Origin: Ruminococcaceae bacterium UBA6434
Lineage (GTDB): Bacteria > Bacillota > Clostridia > Oscillospirales > Acutalibacteraceae
NCBI GenBank assembly: GCA_002437245.1
Contig: DJOQ01000010.1
Location: 6,419-70,418 of the forward strand
Length of the DNA stretch: 64,000 nucleotides
Direction of reading: 5' to 3'
In this document: piece by piece, positions 1 to 9,363 of the stretch
Layout: each line of letters starts with the position of its first letter
How positions within the stretch are numbered: position 1 is the first letter of the stretch
The notes under the pieces: model-generated
Seen by the model: only the letters and a program-made list of their open reading frames with translations
Databases searched by the model: none
What the model was told of the DNA's origin: nothing
Program-made: the position numbers and the translations under genes

Positions 1-524
1 CGTCGGTATTTTTGAACGGCGCAAACGAAGTTACGCCCACAAAGACGCCCGATGCCATAAGATATACGGTAAAGCGCGGTGACACGCTTTGGGGCATTGC
101 AAAGAAATTCGGCGTTACGGTGTCGGCTGTCATAAGCGCAAATAATATCGGAAATCCTAATCTTATATACGCCGGCGAAGTGTTTATAATCCCCCATATG
201 ACGTCCGCGGAAAGCTCCGGATACACACTTTACACGGTAAGGCGCGGCGATACTCTTTGGGGCATTGCAAAAAAATTCGGCACAAGCATAAATCGTATAG
301 CCACACTTAACGGCATTAAAAATCCGAACCTCATATATGCCGGCGAAGTATTTAAAATACCCTCTGCGCGCTCAGAACAAACCGCAATTTACACGGTAAA
401 GCGCGGCGACACGCTTTGGGGAATATCGAGAAAATTCGACACCACCGTTGAAAATCTGGTAAAGCTGAACTCCGTTAAAAATCCGAACCTCATATATGTC
501 GGGGAAAAGCTGATAATCGGTTGA
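1..524 (+). CDS. LysM-repeat peptidoglycan-binding protein, probably 5'-truncated by the window edge
   Basis: Three tandem ~55-aa LysM repeats (YTVKRGDTLWGIAKKFG...NPNLIYAGEVF.IP). The frame is open back to nt 3, so the TTG at 12 is only the ORF-track start. Confidence 0.85.
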   Translation, partial: SVFLNGANEVTPTKTPDAIRYTVKRGDTLWGIAKKFGVTVSAVISANNIGNPNLIYAGEVFIIPHMTSAESSGYTLYTVRRGDTLWGIAKKFGTSINRIATLNGIKNPNLIYAGEVFKIPSARSEQTAIYTVKRGDTLWGISRKFDTTVENLVKLNSVKNPNLIYVGEKLIIG

Positions 525-529
525 CAGAC

Positions 530-578
530 AAAAGCCGTCCGCACTTTTTGAAGAAACACGAGTGCGAACGGCTTTTAA
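530..578. terminator. Bidirectional hairpin terminator between convergent genes
   Basis: AAAGCCGTCCGCAC...GTGCGAACGGCTTT stem with one mismatch, flanked by A/T runs. It lies between the LysM stop (524) and the GT2 stop (593). Confidence 0.6.
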
Positions 579-592
579 AGCAAGATGCGTTA

Positions 593-1609
593 TTATTTAT
601 TTGTCATTTTAAAGTGCAGGCGGCTGAGCGACTGTATGAGTCTGTAATGCTTGAAATTATATTTGCGAAGCAAGCGCAATTTTCCGCTCTTGACGGAGCT
701 GAGCTCATATATTTCGGGGCTTAATTCCTTTGCCTTGCGGTCAAATTCCATAAAGCGTTTTCTGTTTTCCATATCGCTGTCGGGGTAACTCGAATATATT
801 GCGCCCTGCGTAATTATGAGATCCGCTATGCAGTTTTTCATATAATCCGCTTTTGCGCTGTCTGCCTTATCCGAGGAAATATAGTCCCTGTAAAAGTCAA
901 ACATATGGAACGTAACCCTGAGATGGTCGTTTATATGCTTTTGGAAACCGAGAATACTTACGCTTTGAGTTGAGAGTGCAAGCCTGTACATATAAACGTG
1001 CAGGTCAAAGAATGTTACCTTGTTTACAAAGGGCACCGGAAACATAACATATTCGACATCCACATAAAAGCACTTTTCGTCAATAACAATGTTATTATCT
1101 TTAAGCACGCTCGTCTTTATTGTAAGGGCGTGCATAGGTATGCACAGTTCCTTTGCGACATCGGCAAAATCATACTCCGTACCGTTTTTGAACTGCGGAA
1201 AATCAACAGCCTTTTGGTGGTTTACATCGTCATAATACTCATAGTAGTTTGTAAACACATATTCGGATTCGGTATTTTCAAGCCTGTTTACAAGCTTTAC
1301 AAAATCGGAGGTGTTAACCCAGTCATCGCCGTCCACCACTTTAAAGTATTTTCCGACGGCATTTCGTATGCCGCAGTTTATGGTGGAGCCGTGACCGCCG
1401 TTTTCCTTTGAGATGACCCTGAAGGTTTCGGGGTACTTATCGGCGTACTCCTTGCCTATCTTGGCGGTGTTATCCTTTGAGCCGTCATCAACCACGATAA
1501 CTTCAAATTTTTTCATTGTCTCCGAATCGCATATAAACGAGTCAAGAGTCTGATTCAAAAATTTTTCGACATTATATGACGGTATAACTACCGTGAGAAG
1601 TTTATCCAT
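593..1609 (-). CDS. Glycosyltransferase family 2
   Basis: N-terminal VVIPSYNVEKFL...VVDDGSKDNT and a DGDD motif. RBS GAGGTG lies upstream of the ATG. Confidence 0.9.
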   Translation of the reverse strand: MDKLLTVVIPSYNVEKFLNQTLDSFICDSETMKKFEVIVVDDGSKDNTAKIGKEYADKYPETFRVISKENGGHGSTINCGIRNAVGKYFKVVDGDDWVNTSDFVKLVNRLENTESEYVFTNYYEYYDDVNHQKAVDFPQFKNGTEYDFADVAKELCIPMHALTIKTSVLKDNNIVIDEKCFYVDVEYVMFPVPFVNKVTFFDLHVYMYRLALSTQSVSILGFQKHINDHLRVTFHMFDFYRDYISSDKADSAKADYMKNCIADLIITQGAIYSSYPDSDMENRKRFMEFDRKAKELSPEIYELSSVKSGKLRLLRKYNFKHYRLIQSLSRLHFKMTNK

Positions 1610-1675
1610 AATTTCACCTCAATAATAAGTTCAGCGAACCGATATTATTCTTTCCGAAACAAAATGATTTAAAAT

Positions 1676-3106
1676 TTATTTGCCCTGCGAAATTTCCTTA
1701 ACGTCGGAAGGTTTCATCGTGACGGACTGCACGAGATAGCCGAGCGTTAGCCAGAAGAGGAACGCTCCGCCGGTATTCATATAGAATGTCTCCGAATAGA
1801 ACATCATAGAGGCAAATATCGGTGCTATAATGCTGAGCAGGACGGTGTGATATTTATATTTTTCACCCTTGAATTTAAAGAAATTCTTAAATATAAGCAC
1901 AAGCACCAATATTATATATGCCGCGATAATCACGACGCCCAAAATTCCCTGACTTACGAGTATGTCAACAAAGCTGTTGTGCATACTGCGGAATTTATCG
2001 AAATCATTGTGGACTATATATGTGTTGGGGAGCTTATCCTCGGCGTAGGGAACATAGTTTCTGAATGTTACGCCTGTTAACGGCTTCGACTTGAATATTT
2101 CAAATCCGCTGCCCCATATAGCAAAGCGGCGGTTGCTCACGTCACCGTTAATATCGTCGCTCTGACGGCCGATTTCAAGTTTTTGCTTGTCTTTTTCTTT
2201 CTGAGCCTCTGTCTTATCCTTATCGCTTTTTACGATGTGCTCATACTGCCATTTTTTGAAAGCGGAGGTTGAAACAGATACAACCTTTATGGCTCCGAAA
2301 GATACGACTATTGTTGCAACCGCAAGCAAAACGCATATTACACCCTTGGCGAACGTCTTTTTGGCTTCGAGCTTTTTGCTTCTGAGCGCGGTGAGATACA
2401 CATAGACCAAAAGCGCGCATAACAGCGATACCATACCGGTTCGCGAATCCGAAAAAGCAATATAGCATATCTGCAAAACAATGTTTATGATATACAAAAC
2501 CTTTAACGGTTTCTTTGCGTCCTTGTAAAAATACAGGCTCATTATAACGGTTACAGCCGAGAATACGGCGCCGTAGTTGGGGTCGGAATACACGCCCCAA
2601 AGCCTGTTCCAAAGGAAGCCGAGAATTACGACTACTCCGTTTACCTCGGTATACGAATAGTAATCCGTAAAGAGCATAACCGTTCCGGCTGCAACAGCCA
2701 GGAATGTATATGCCATAAAGAAATGCGAAATTATGTAGAATTCCTTTTTTTCCGCGGTGCCGTCCGACGTGGTGTCATAAGTGTACAGTATAAAATACTG
2801 AAACGCCATCCAAACGAGCGCCTTTGCGTTTTCCGACAGCCCGTACTGCCTTGTAAGCAGTGCCGACAGCGCATAGCTTCCGCAAAATGCAATAAGCAAA
2901 AACAAGCCTTTTGCGTGTAAGTATTTTTTGAAGCAGACGACTCTTATTACGAGTACCGCGATTCCTACCGCCGTTACCGCATATGCAATCCATGTAAGCG
3001 CCGTGTGGTTTGCCATAAGGCCGTTAAACGAAAGCAGCGTAAGCGCAAGAAAAAGCAGCTTAAACCCGGTCGCCTGCGACCCCTTCCTAAGTAAAATTTC
3101 TTTCAT
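1676..3106 (-). CDS. O-antigen ligase/polymerase-like (Wzy_C-type) polytopic membrane protein
   Basis: About 10 predicted TM segments. A large loop carries RFAIWGSG...HNSFVDILVSQG, typical of the Wzy/WaaL family. GAGGAG RBS. Confidence 0.75.
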   Translation of the reverse strand: MKEILLRKGSQATGFKLLFLALTLLSFNGLMANHTALTWIAYAVTAVGIAVLVIRVVCFKKYLHAKGLFLLIAFCGSYALSALLTRQYGLSENAKALVWMAFQYFILYTYDTTSDGTAEKKEFYIISHFFMAYTFLAVAAGTVMLFTDYYSYTEVNGVVVILGFLWNRLWGVYSDPNYGAVFSAVTVIMSLYFYKDAKKPLKVLYIINIVLQICYIAFSDSRTGMVSLLCALLVYVYLTALRSKKLEAKKTFAKGVICVLLAVATIVVSFGAIKVVSVSTSAFKKWQYEHIVKSDKDKTEAQKEKDKQKLEIGRQSDDINGDVSNRRFAIWGSGFEIFKSKPLTGVTFRNYVPYAEDKLPNTYIVHNDFDKFRSMHNSFVDILVSQGILGVVIIAAYIILVLVLIFKNFFKFKGEKYKYHTVLLSIIAPIFASMMFYSETFYMNTGGAFLFWLTLGYLVQSVTMKPSDVKEISQGK

Positions 3107-3115
3107 TTTGACTCC

Positions 3116-4216
3116 TCACACCAATTCATAAAAATTCTGTGCAGAAAGGTCATAGCCTTCTTTTCGTATCTCATCTGTGCGGTCAAATCGTTTATAGCCC
3201 TTGGCCTTTTCGATTTTCTCCGCCCAGACCCTTGCGTCCTTGTCGTTGTCAACGGAAAGGGTAACACAGTTTTCCGTTATCACGGCGTCGGATGGTATAT
3301 GGTCGCTTAAATAACACATAAGCCCTGTTGCCTCGGCCTCAATAGCGGCTATGCCGAAGCCCTCAAAATGCGACGGCATAAGATATATATCCATAGCCAT
3401 CATATAGTCATACGCATTGGTCTGCCTGCCGGTGAATGTAACCCTGTCCGCTAAGCCGAGGCTTTTTACCTGCTCTTTTACATTGTCAAAAAGCAAGCCG
3501 TCACCGACGAGCAAAAGGTGCGCGTCCTTGTCGATTTTGCACAGCTCGGAAAATACCCGAACCATAAAATCGTGGTTTTTCTGATAGAGGAAATTACCTA
3601 CGTTTCCTATTACAAACTTATCGCCGAGATTTAACTCGGAGCGCATTTTTTCGCGCTTTTCGGGTGAATACACAAAGTTTGTAAGGTCTATTGCGTTCTT
3701 TATAACGCGGAATTTATCGGACTCGACTATTTTTTCCGGGAACATCCATTTTCCGGCGAGTACCGAGCAGCCGTAAAAGTCGGTTCCGTATTTATAAAGG
3801 AACTTTCGACAAATATTATTGAGCTTTATCATAAGCGCGCGCTTTTTTGGATTGGGGCAATCATACCACGTATTGTGAGAATGTATGATAACCTTTTTTA
3901 CTCCGCAGTCGTGCGCCGCTTTGGGTCCCGGATAGCATATTGCGGTAGAGATATTGAAATATGCGGTATCATAGCCGTTTTTCTTTATTATATCGCAAAT
4001 CGCCTTATACTGAGCACGAGGATTTTTAAGCGTCGGGATTTCAAAAAGCCCTGCGCCCTTGCTTTTGAGTTTATTGCGAAGCTCCTCGTCTATCTGCGTT
4101 GTGAGAAAGTCAAAATGCACCTCATCCGGAGAAAATCGCTCAAAAAAGTTGAGCATATACTTGTCAATTCCACCGGCTTTTCCGTTCATAATATAGCCGA
4201 AAAGTACCTTTTTCAA
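3116..4216 (-). CDS. Glycosyltransferase family 4 (GT-B)
   Basis: C-terminal PSHFEGFGIAAIEAEATG motif. The TTG at 4216 is preceded by GGAGGG at 7-nt spacing. The ORF-track GTG at 4231 has no usable RBS. Confidence 0.85.
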   Translation of the reverse strand: MKKVLFGYIMNGKAGGIDKYMLNFFERFSPDEVHFDFLTTQIDEELRNKLKSKGAGLFEIPTLKNPRAQYKAICDIIKKNGYDTAYFNISTAICYPGPKAAHDCGVKKVIIHSHNTWYDCPNPKKRALMIKLNNICRKFLYKYGTDFYGCSVLAGKWMFPEKIVESDKFRVIKNAIDLTNFVYSPEKREKMRSELNLGDKFVIGNVGNFLYQKNHDFMVRVFSELCKIDKDAHLLLVGDGLLFDNVKEQVKSLGLADRVTFTGRQTNAYDYMMAMDIYLMPSHFEGFGIAAIEAEATGLMCYLSDHIPSDAVITENCVTLSVDNDKDARVWAEKIEKAKGYKRFDRTDEIRKEGYDLSAQNFYELV

Positions 4217-4232
4217 CTGTTTGCCCTCCACA

Positions 4233-5300
4233 TTATTTTTTTAATTTAAGCCCCGAAAACAACGACGGGAAGCTCTTTTTGACTGCCGAAATAAGCTTGC
4301 CCATAGAGAGCAAAACGCCTGTATTTCCGCTTTTAAGCTGCTTTGCCATAATCCTGACAAGCCTGCTGTCGGGTTCGGCGTAAGGCATAAGCTCATTATA
4401 AAGCTCGCTGTCATACTGAGATTTCAGCCAGTTTTTTCTGTCTTTGCCCGACATTCCGGACCGCTTATCGTTATTTTTTTCGAGAGCCGAAAAAACGCTT
4501 CTTACATATATACCGGCGAGATTTTTAAGTATACTGCTGTCGCACAGCTTGTTTTCGCGGTAAAACTCAAGAAGCTCGTTTATACGCATTTCCTGAAGTT
4601 CAAAGTAATTTTTGACAAAGCGGCAGGTAAGGCTTTGATTATCTCTCTTGGCATAGTGGTATGCCGTATCGTCAAGAATTACCAGAGAATCGACATATCT
4701 GAAAAAATCTATGTTGAATTTAAAATCCTCGTTAAGCGGCATATCGCAAAACGTAACGCCTGAAGAGAGCACCGCTTCCCTGAGATAAATTTTATTCCAA
4801 AGGTAGCCGAAAAGCGTGGTGTTTTCGATTTTAATTACTTCTTTTGCCACATTTTCCCTGCCGGAGAGTGTTTTGCTCTCATATGACACGGGATTTGTCA
4901 TATACAGCTTACCTGTCTTGTCGTAATACTCCTCTACCGCGCCGAACATCACGACCGTGGGAGAAGCATCACGCGAAGCCGAATACATTTTTTCAAATAT
5001 ATCGCTGTCGATTTTATCGTCAGAATCCATATAATAAAGGTATTTGCCCGAAGCGGACTTTGTACCGAGAATTCTCGCGCTGCTCGCTCCGCCGTTTTTT
5101 TCTTTATGGATTACCCGAACTCTGCCGTCGGAGGCTGCGACTTCATCGCATATCTTGCCGCTGTCGTCTTTGGAACAGTCGTCGACGAGTATAAGCTCAA
5201 AGTCGGCAAAGGTTTGCCGCAGAACGCTGTCAAGCGTGTCTTTGAGATATTTTTCGACGCCGTAAACCGGCATTACAACGCTGAAATACGGTGCGCTCAT
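4233..5300 (-). CDS. Glycosyltransferase family 2
   Basis: FSVVMPVYGVEKYL...LVDDCSKDDS and YMDSDD motifs. The ATG at 5300 is better spaced from GAAAGG than the GTG at 5309. Confidence 0.9.
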   Translation of the reverse strand: MSAPYFSVVMPVYGVEKYLKDTLDSVLRQTFADFELILVDDCSKDDSGKICDEVAASDGRVRVIHKEKNGGASSARILGTKSASGKYLYYMDSDDKIDSDIFEKMYSASRDASPTVVMFGAVEEYYDKTGKLYMTNPVSYESKTLSGRENVAKEVIKIENTTLFGYLWNKIYLREAVLSSGVTFCDMPLNEDFKFNIDFFRYVDSLVILDDTAYHYAKRDNQSLTCRFVKNYFELQEMRINELLEFYRENKLCDSSILKNLAGIYVRSVFSALEKNNDKRSGMSGKDRKNWLKSQYDSELYNELMPYAEPDSRLVRIMAKQLKSGNTGVLLSMGKLISAVKKSFPSLFSGLKLKK

Positions 5301-5328
5301 ATTTTTCACAGCCTTTCGGATTTATTTT

Positions 5329-6387
5329 TTATCTTCCTGCTTTAAGCTTTGCAAAAAGTTTGGTATTACCAGACTTTACGGAAGAAATGACCTTGCCCTC
5401 AAGATAAGTGAGCGCGGTGCTCTTCATCTTAATGGGAATGAGCATAAGCTTCATATACTTCGACTTCGGCACAGCCGCCGAAACCGCGGCGCGCGCCTTG
5501 GGGTCGTTTATCATTTTTCTTATCTGCGCCTTTTTTTCGCCGACGGGCAAGGTGCAGTTTTTATTTGTAACATTTTCAACGCAGCCGACTACGCGTTCTA
5601 TATATCTTCTCGAAAGAAATTCCTCTATCTCCGGAGTCATAATCCCCCAGTGCTCATAGAGCTCTCTCATCCACTCGTTTTCTTCCTCGCGCTTTTCGTA
5701 CATATCGCTTCTGTACTTGGCGGTTTCGGACTCGGCTCTTTGACGGATGAAATGATAATACTTCTTTGCGGTCACGCCGACTCTCTCAACGTCGCGGACG
5801 ACGGAGAGATTAAAGGGAAAATCATCCCAGAAGGTCTGCGGAAAATAGAGCTTGTTATCTCTGATATAATCACCCGAAAAGAGCTTGTTCCACGGGGTAT
5901 AAAGAAGATTGCGGTCAAAAAGATTGTGTGCGTCGGCTCTGAATTCAGCCTGAGTTTTGTATATCTTATCTTTATAGACCTGCTCCTGCGTGAATTTTTC
6001 GGTATCGCTGTAATACGTGTCGATATAGTAGCCGGAAACCACGAGCTGTAAATCGTTTTTCTCGGCTAAATCGACCATATCCTGAAGCATTGTTTTTTCA
6101 GCCCAGTCGTCGGAATCCATAAAATACATATATTTTCCGACAGCCTTATCTATTGCGACGTTTCTCGCCGAGGGAGCTCCGCCGTTTTCTTTATGGATAA
6201 CCTTTATACGCGGATCCTTTGCGGCGTATTCATCGCAGATTTTACCGCTGTTATCGGGGGTTCCGTCGTCTACGGCAAAAAGTTCCCAATCGGTAAGGGT
6301 CTGATTTTGTATACTCTCAATAGCTCTGCCGACGTAATTTTCTACGTTGTAAACAGGCATTATAACACTAACTTTTACATCATTCAT
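5329..6387 (-). CDS. Glycosyltransferase family 2
   Basis: VSVIMPVYNVENYV...AVDDGTPDNS and FMDSDD motifs. An alternative TTG start at 6411 forms a TTGA overlap with the glf stop. Confidence 0.9.
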   Translation of the reverse strand: MNDVKVSVIMPVYNVENYVGRAIESIQNQTLTDWELFAVDDGTPDNSGKICDEYAAKDPRIKVIHKENGGAPSARNVAIDKAVGKYMYFMDSDDWAEKTMLQDMVDLAEKNDLQLVVSGYYIDTYYSDTEKFTQEQVYKDKIYKTQAEFRADAHNLFDRNLLYTPWNKLFSGDYIRDNKLYFPQTFWDDFPFNLSVVRDVERVGVTAKKYYHFIRQRAESETAKYRSDMYEKREEENEWMRELYEHWGIMTPEIEEFLSRRYIERVVGCVENVTNKNCTLPVGEKKAQIRKMINDPKARAAVSAAVPKSKYMKLMLIPIKMKSTALTYLEGKVISSVKSGNTKLFAKLKAGR

Positions 6388-6407
6388 AGCCTTTGACCGT
6401 TCCTCGC

Positions 6408-7505
6408 TCAAAATAATTTATCTGTTACCGCCAAAGCCGAAGCTATGACCTTATCCATATCGTAATATTTGTACTCGGCAAGCCTGCCGCCGAAGATTAT
6501 ATTGTCCTCGCCCTTTGAAAGGTCGCTGTATTTGCTGTAAAGCGACTGATTCTTTTCGTCGTTTACGGGGTAATACGGCTCCATACCCTCCTGCCACTCG
6601 GACGGATACTCTCTTGTGATATAAGTCTTTGCCTGAGTTCCGAACTCAAAATGCTTGTGCTCTATGATTCTTGTGAATTTGGTCTTTTCGTCGGTATAGT
6701 TCATAACGGCTACACCCTGATAGTTTTCACAGTCAAGAAGCTCGTTTTCAAAACGAAGGCTGCGGTATTCGAGCTTGCCGAAACGATAATCGTAATACTG
6801 ATCGATGGGACCCGTATAAACCACCTTGTCGGCGAGTGCGCCGAGAGCTTCTCTGTCCTTTAAGAAGTCGGTGTCAAGACGTGTTTCGATTCCCTCAAGC
6901 AGCTTTTCTGTAAGCCTGTTGTAGCCGCCTATCGGTATTCCCTGGTATCTGTCATTAAAATAGTTGTTGTCATAGGTAAATCTTACAGGCAGGCGCTTGA
7001 TGATAAACGCAGGCAGATCCTTACACTCTCTGCCCCACTGTTTTTCGGTATAGCCCTTTATGAGCTTTTTGTAAATATCATAGCCGATAAGGCTTATTGC
7101 CTGCTCCTCAAGGTTTTTGGGCTCGCCGGTTATCTGCTTTTTCTGCTCCTCGATTTTGGCTTTTGCCTCTTCGGGAGTTACTACGCCCCACATCTTATTA
7201 AATGTGTTCATATTGAACGGCAGGTTGTAAAGTTCGCCGTAATAATTCGCAACCGGTGAATTCGTATAGCGGTTGAATTCAACGAGGTCGTTTACATAAG
7301 TCCACACTCTCTTGTCGTTTGTATGGAATATGTGAGCGCCGTATTTGTGAACGGTTATGCCCTCTATATCCTCGCAATAAATATTTCCGCCGAGGTGACT
7401 TCTTTTGTCGATAACAAGGCATTTTTTACCGTGCTTTGTCGCTTCGTGGGCAAAAACGCTTCCGAAAAGCCCGCTGCCTACGATAAGATAATCATACTGT
7501 TTCAT
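6408..7505 (-). CDS. glf: UDP-galactopyranose mutase
   Basis: MKQYDYLIVGSGLFGSVFA (FAD Rossmann fold)...GAHIFHTN...YPVND and a length of ~365 aa. AGGAGG RBS lies 7 nt before the ATG at 7505. Confidence 0.95.
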   Translation of the reverse strand: MKQYDYLIVGSGLFGSVFAHEATKHGKKCLVIDKRSHLGGNIYCEDIEGITVHKYGAHIFHTNDKRVWTYVNDLVEFNRYTNSPVANYYGELYNLPFNMNTFNKMWGVVTPEEAKAKIEEQKKQITGEPKNLEEQAISLIGYDIYKKLIKGYTEKQWGRECKDLPAFIIKRLPVRFTYDNNYFNDRYQGIPIGGYNRLTEKLLEGIETRLDTDFLKDREALGALADKVVYTGPIDQYYDYRFGKLEYRSLRFENELLDCENYQGVAVMNYTDEKTKFTRIIEHKHFEFGTQAKTYITREYPSEWQEGMEPYYPVNDEKNQSLYSKYSDLSKGEDNIIFGGRLAEYKYYDMDKVIASALAVTDKLF

Positions 7506-7557
7506 AATTTTTCCTCCTGCGCCTAAACGCACTAAAAAAATGTATTATTTAAATTTA

Positions 7558-8940
7558 TCACGCCGCCGACTTGGTTTCGTCGGACGCCGTCGTTGTCTTG
7601 GTTTCAGCCGTAGTATGCTCTTTGGTTGTCTCGTTGTTTACGGTTGCCTCGGCGGTTGTTTGCGGCTTTGTCGTGGTTTCGGAATTATTGCCGCTGCTGT
7701 GCTTAGCAGATGTCGCAGCCGAGTTGTTGTTTTTTAAACCGCCGTTTGAAGAGCCGCTGCTCTTTGTTGTGGACGAAGAGGATTTTGAGCTCTTGGTTGT
7801 TGACTGCGATTCGGGCTTTTTCTTTGACGAAGCCGTGGTTTCGGGAACTTCACCGTAAATGAACAGGTGTATTCTGTCGGCAGCCGCCGCGAGGTCATAT
7901 CTCCATACCCATGCGCCGTCGTAAATACCGCCTACCGCGTTATCCCCGTCGCCGGGAACGACCGTGGTTTCTATTGTTATTTCATTTGAAAGCATCGGAG
8001 CGAAAGAGAGAACCTCCGAAACCGACATCGATGTTTCGCAAAGCTCCATACCTGCCTTTACCAAATCGGCATACTTTGCGGGGCTGATGTTTCTCGCCTT
8101 GTCGATAAGGCACTCGATAACCTTTTTCTGCCTGTCTACACGGGCGTTATCGGAATCGCGCTTTCTGATGCGCGAATAAACCGACGCCTGCTCGCCCGTC
8201 AGGTGTACCATACCGGACTTTTCAACGCATTGGAAATTCGGATTATCATCGTCGCCTATATTATTAAGCTCCAGACGCTCGTCCTCGGTTATTTCAATAT
8301 CTATGCCGCCGAGAATATCGATTGCCTCGGCAAGCTTATAGAAGTTTATCGTGGCATAATCGGTAATATTCATATTGAAATTCTGATTAAGCGTTTTAAT
8401 GGCAAGCTCCGCTCCGCCGTAAGCGTAAGCGTGAGTTATTTTCTGATTGCCGTGACCGTCTATCGCAACATAGCTGTCGCGGAGTACGGAAATCAGTTTT
8501 ACGTCGTTTTTCGCCTTGTCGATACTAACTATCATAATAGAGTCGGAACGTCCGGAGAAAGAATCCTTGTCTCTTGTATCGACACCGAAAAGCGCTATGT
8601 TCACAATATCGGTCTTGCCGTATTTGTTTGCAATGTCGTCGGATACGCCGAGGTTGTTTTTGTTTACGTTCTTTTTAAACCCGCCCCATATACCGAAAAC
8701 AAGGGCGCAGGAGACAATAGCGAGTAAGAGAATAACGGCAACAACTATTATTAAAACGCGCTGCCATTTTTTCAGATTTTTCCATTTTCTCTTAAACTTT
8801 CCGGGTTCCTTTGCGTCCTTGGATTTTTTCTTTCCGCGAGCCGTGCGCTCGGCGGTATTTGCAATGTTGCTCTGATTTTGTCTTCGCGGTACGTGACCGT
8901 TTTCAAAACGTATTTCTATATCCTTATCTTCTTTTTTCAT
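7558..8940 (-). CDS. LytR-CpsA-Psr (LCP) family glycopolymer-to-peptidoglycan ligase with a Ser/Thr-rich C-terminal tail
   Basis: Lys-rich N-terminus, one TM segment, an LCP core (LFGVDTR...GRSDSIMIVSID...LRDSYV), then ~95 aa of S/T/K low complexity. Confidence 0.9.
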   Translation of the reverse strand: MKKEDKDIEIRFENGHVPRRQNQSNIANTAERTARGKKKSKDAKEPGKFKRKWKNLKKWQRVLIIVVAVILLLAIVSCALVFGIWGGFKKNVNKNNLGVSDDIANKYGKTDIVNIALFGVDTRDKDSFSGRSDSIMIVSIDKAKNDVKLISVLRDSYVAIDGHGNQKITHAYAYGGAELAIKTLNQNFNMNITDYATINFYKLAEAIDILGGIDIEITEDERLELNNIGDDDNPNFQCVEKSGMVHLTGEQASVYSRIRKRDSDNARVDRQKKVIECLIDKARNISPAKYADLVKAGMELCETSMSVSEVLSFAPMLSNEITIETTVVPGDGDNAVGGIYDGAWVWRYDLAAAADRIHLFIYGEVPETTASSKKKPESQSTTKSSKSSSSTTKSSGSSNGGLKNNNSAATSAKHSSGNNSETTTKPQTTAEATVNNETTKEHTTAETKTTTASDETKSAA

Positions 8941-9047
8941 AATTACCCCTATGCAACAGATTAAAAATGTCGTTTGTGCGTAAGTGCCGAATTTTTTAAA
9001 AATTCCGAATATCGGACAAGCATATTCTGCCCCTTATAATTTTATTT

Positions 9048-9076
9048 ATTTTACAACAAAAACTAAGCAGTGTCAA
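9048..9076 (-). promoter_or_regulatory. SigA-type promoter of the LCP-glf operon
   Basis: On the minus strand: TTGACA, a 17-nt spacer, then TAAAAT. It lies ~110 nt upstream of the ATG at 8940. Confidence 0.5.
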
Positions 9077-9363
9077 TCGGATTTGGCGCTATAACGGCGA
9101 AAAAGGGCGTTTTCGTCTATTTCCATATTTTTTATGTTACGAAACACGAACCTCGCACTATGGGGACTAACTTATTTCAAAGCGTTTTGTTCCACCTCAA
9201 ACACCCGTTTTGCGGCTTCGCTTCGTAGGACGCCGTATACGGAATTATACCAAATTATAATATTTTAAAAAAACAGTAGCATTTTGCGATTTTATATGAT
9301 ATATTATGTCTGGGCAAAAAATATGTAAAATTTGCTTTTTAATCTGCGGAAAGGAGGTAAACA

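Noticed and set aside
521-724. 67-aa ORF following the LysM gene.
   Set aside because: It starts inside the LysM stop region, runs through the terminator hairpin and overlaps the GT2 3' end antisense.
998-1411. 137-aa plus-strand ORF inside the GT2 gene. This stands for the whole class of antisense ORFs, e.g. 3875..4249, 5650..6051, 8203..8727, 16448..17017, 20589..21110, 21700..22086, 22616..23020, 33338..33847, 36251..36631, 40571..41155, 43243..43776, 49719..50132, 54061..54711, 54790..55377.
   Set aside because: Each lies wholly antisense to, or out of frame within, an ORF with strong family motifs. Their translations are low-complexity or Arg/Cys/Phe-rich, have no recognisable motifs and lack RBSs. 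They are typical shadow ORFs.
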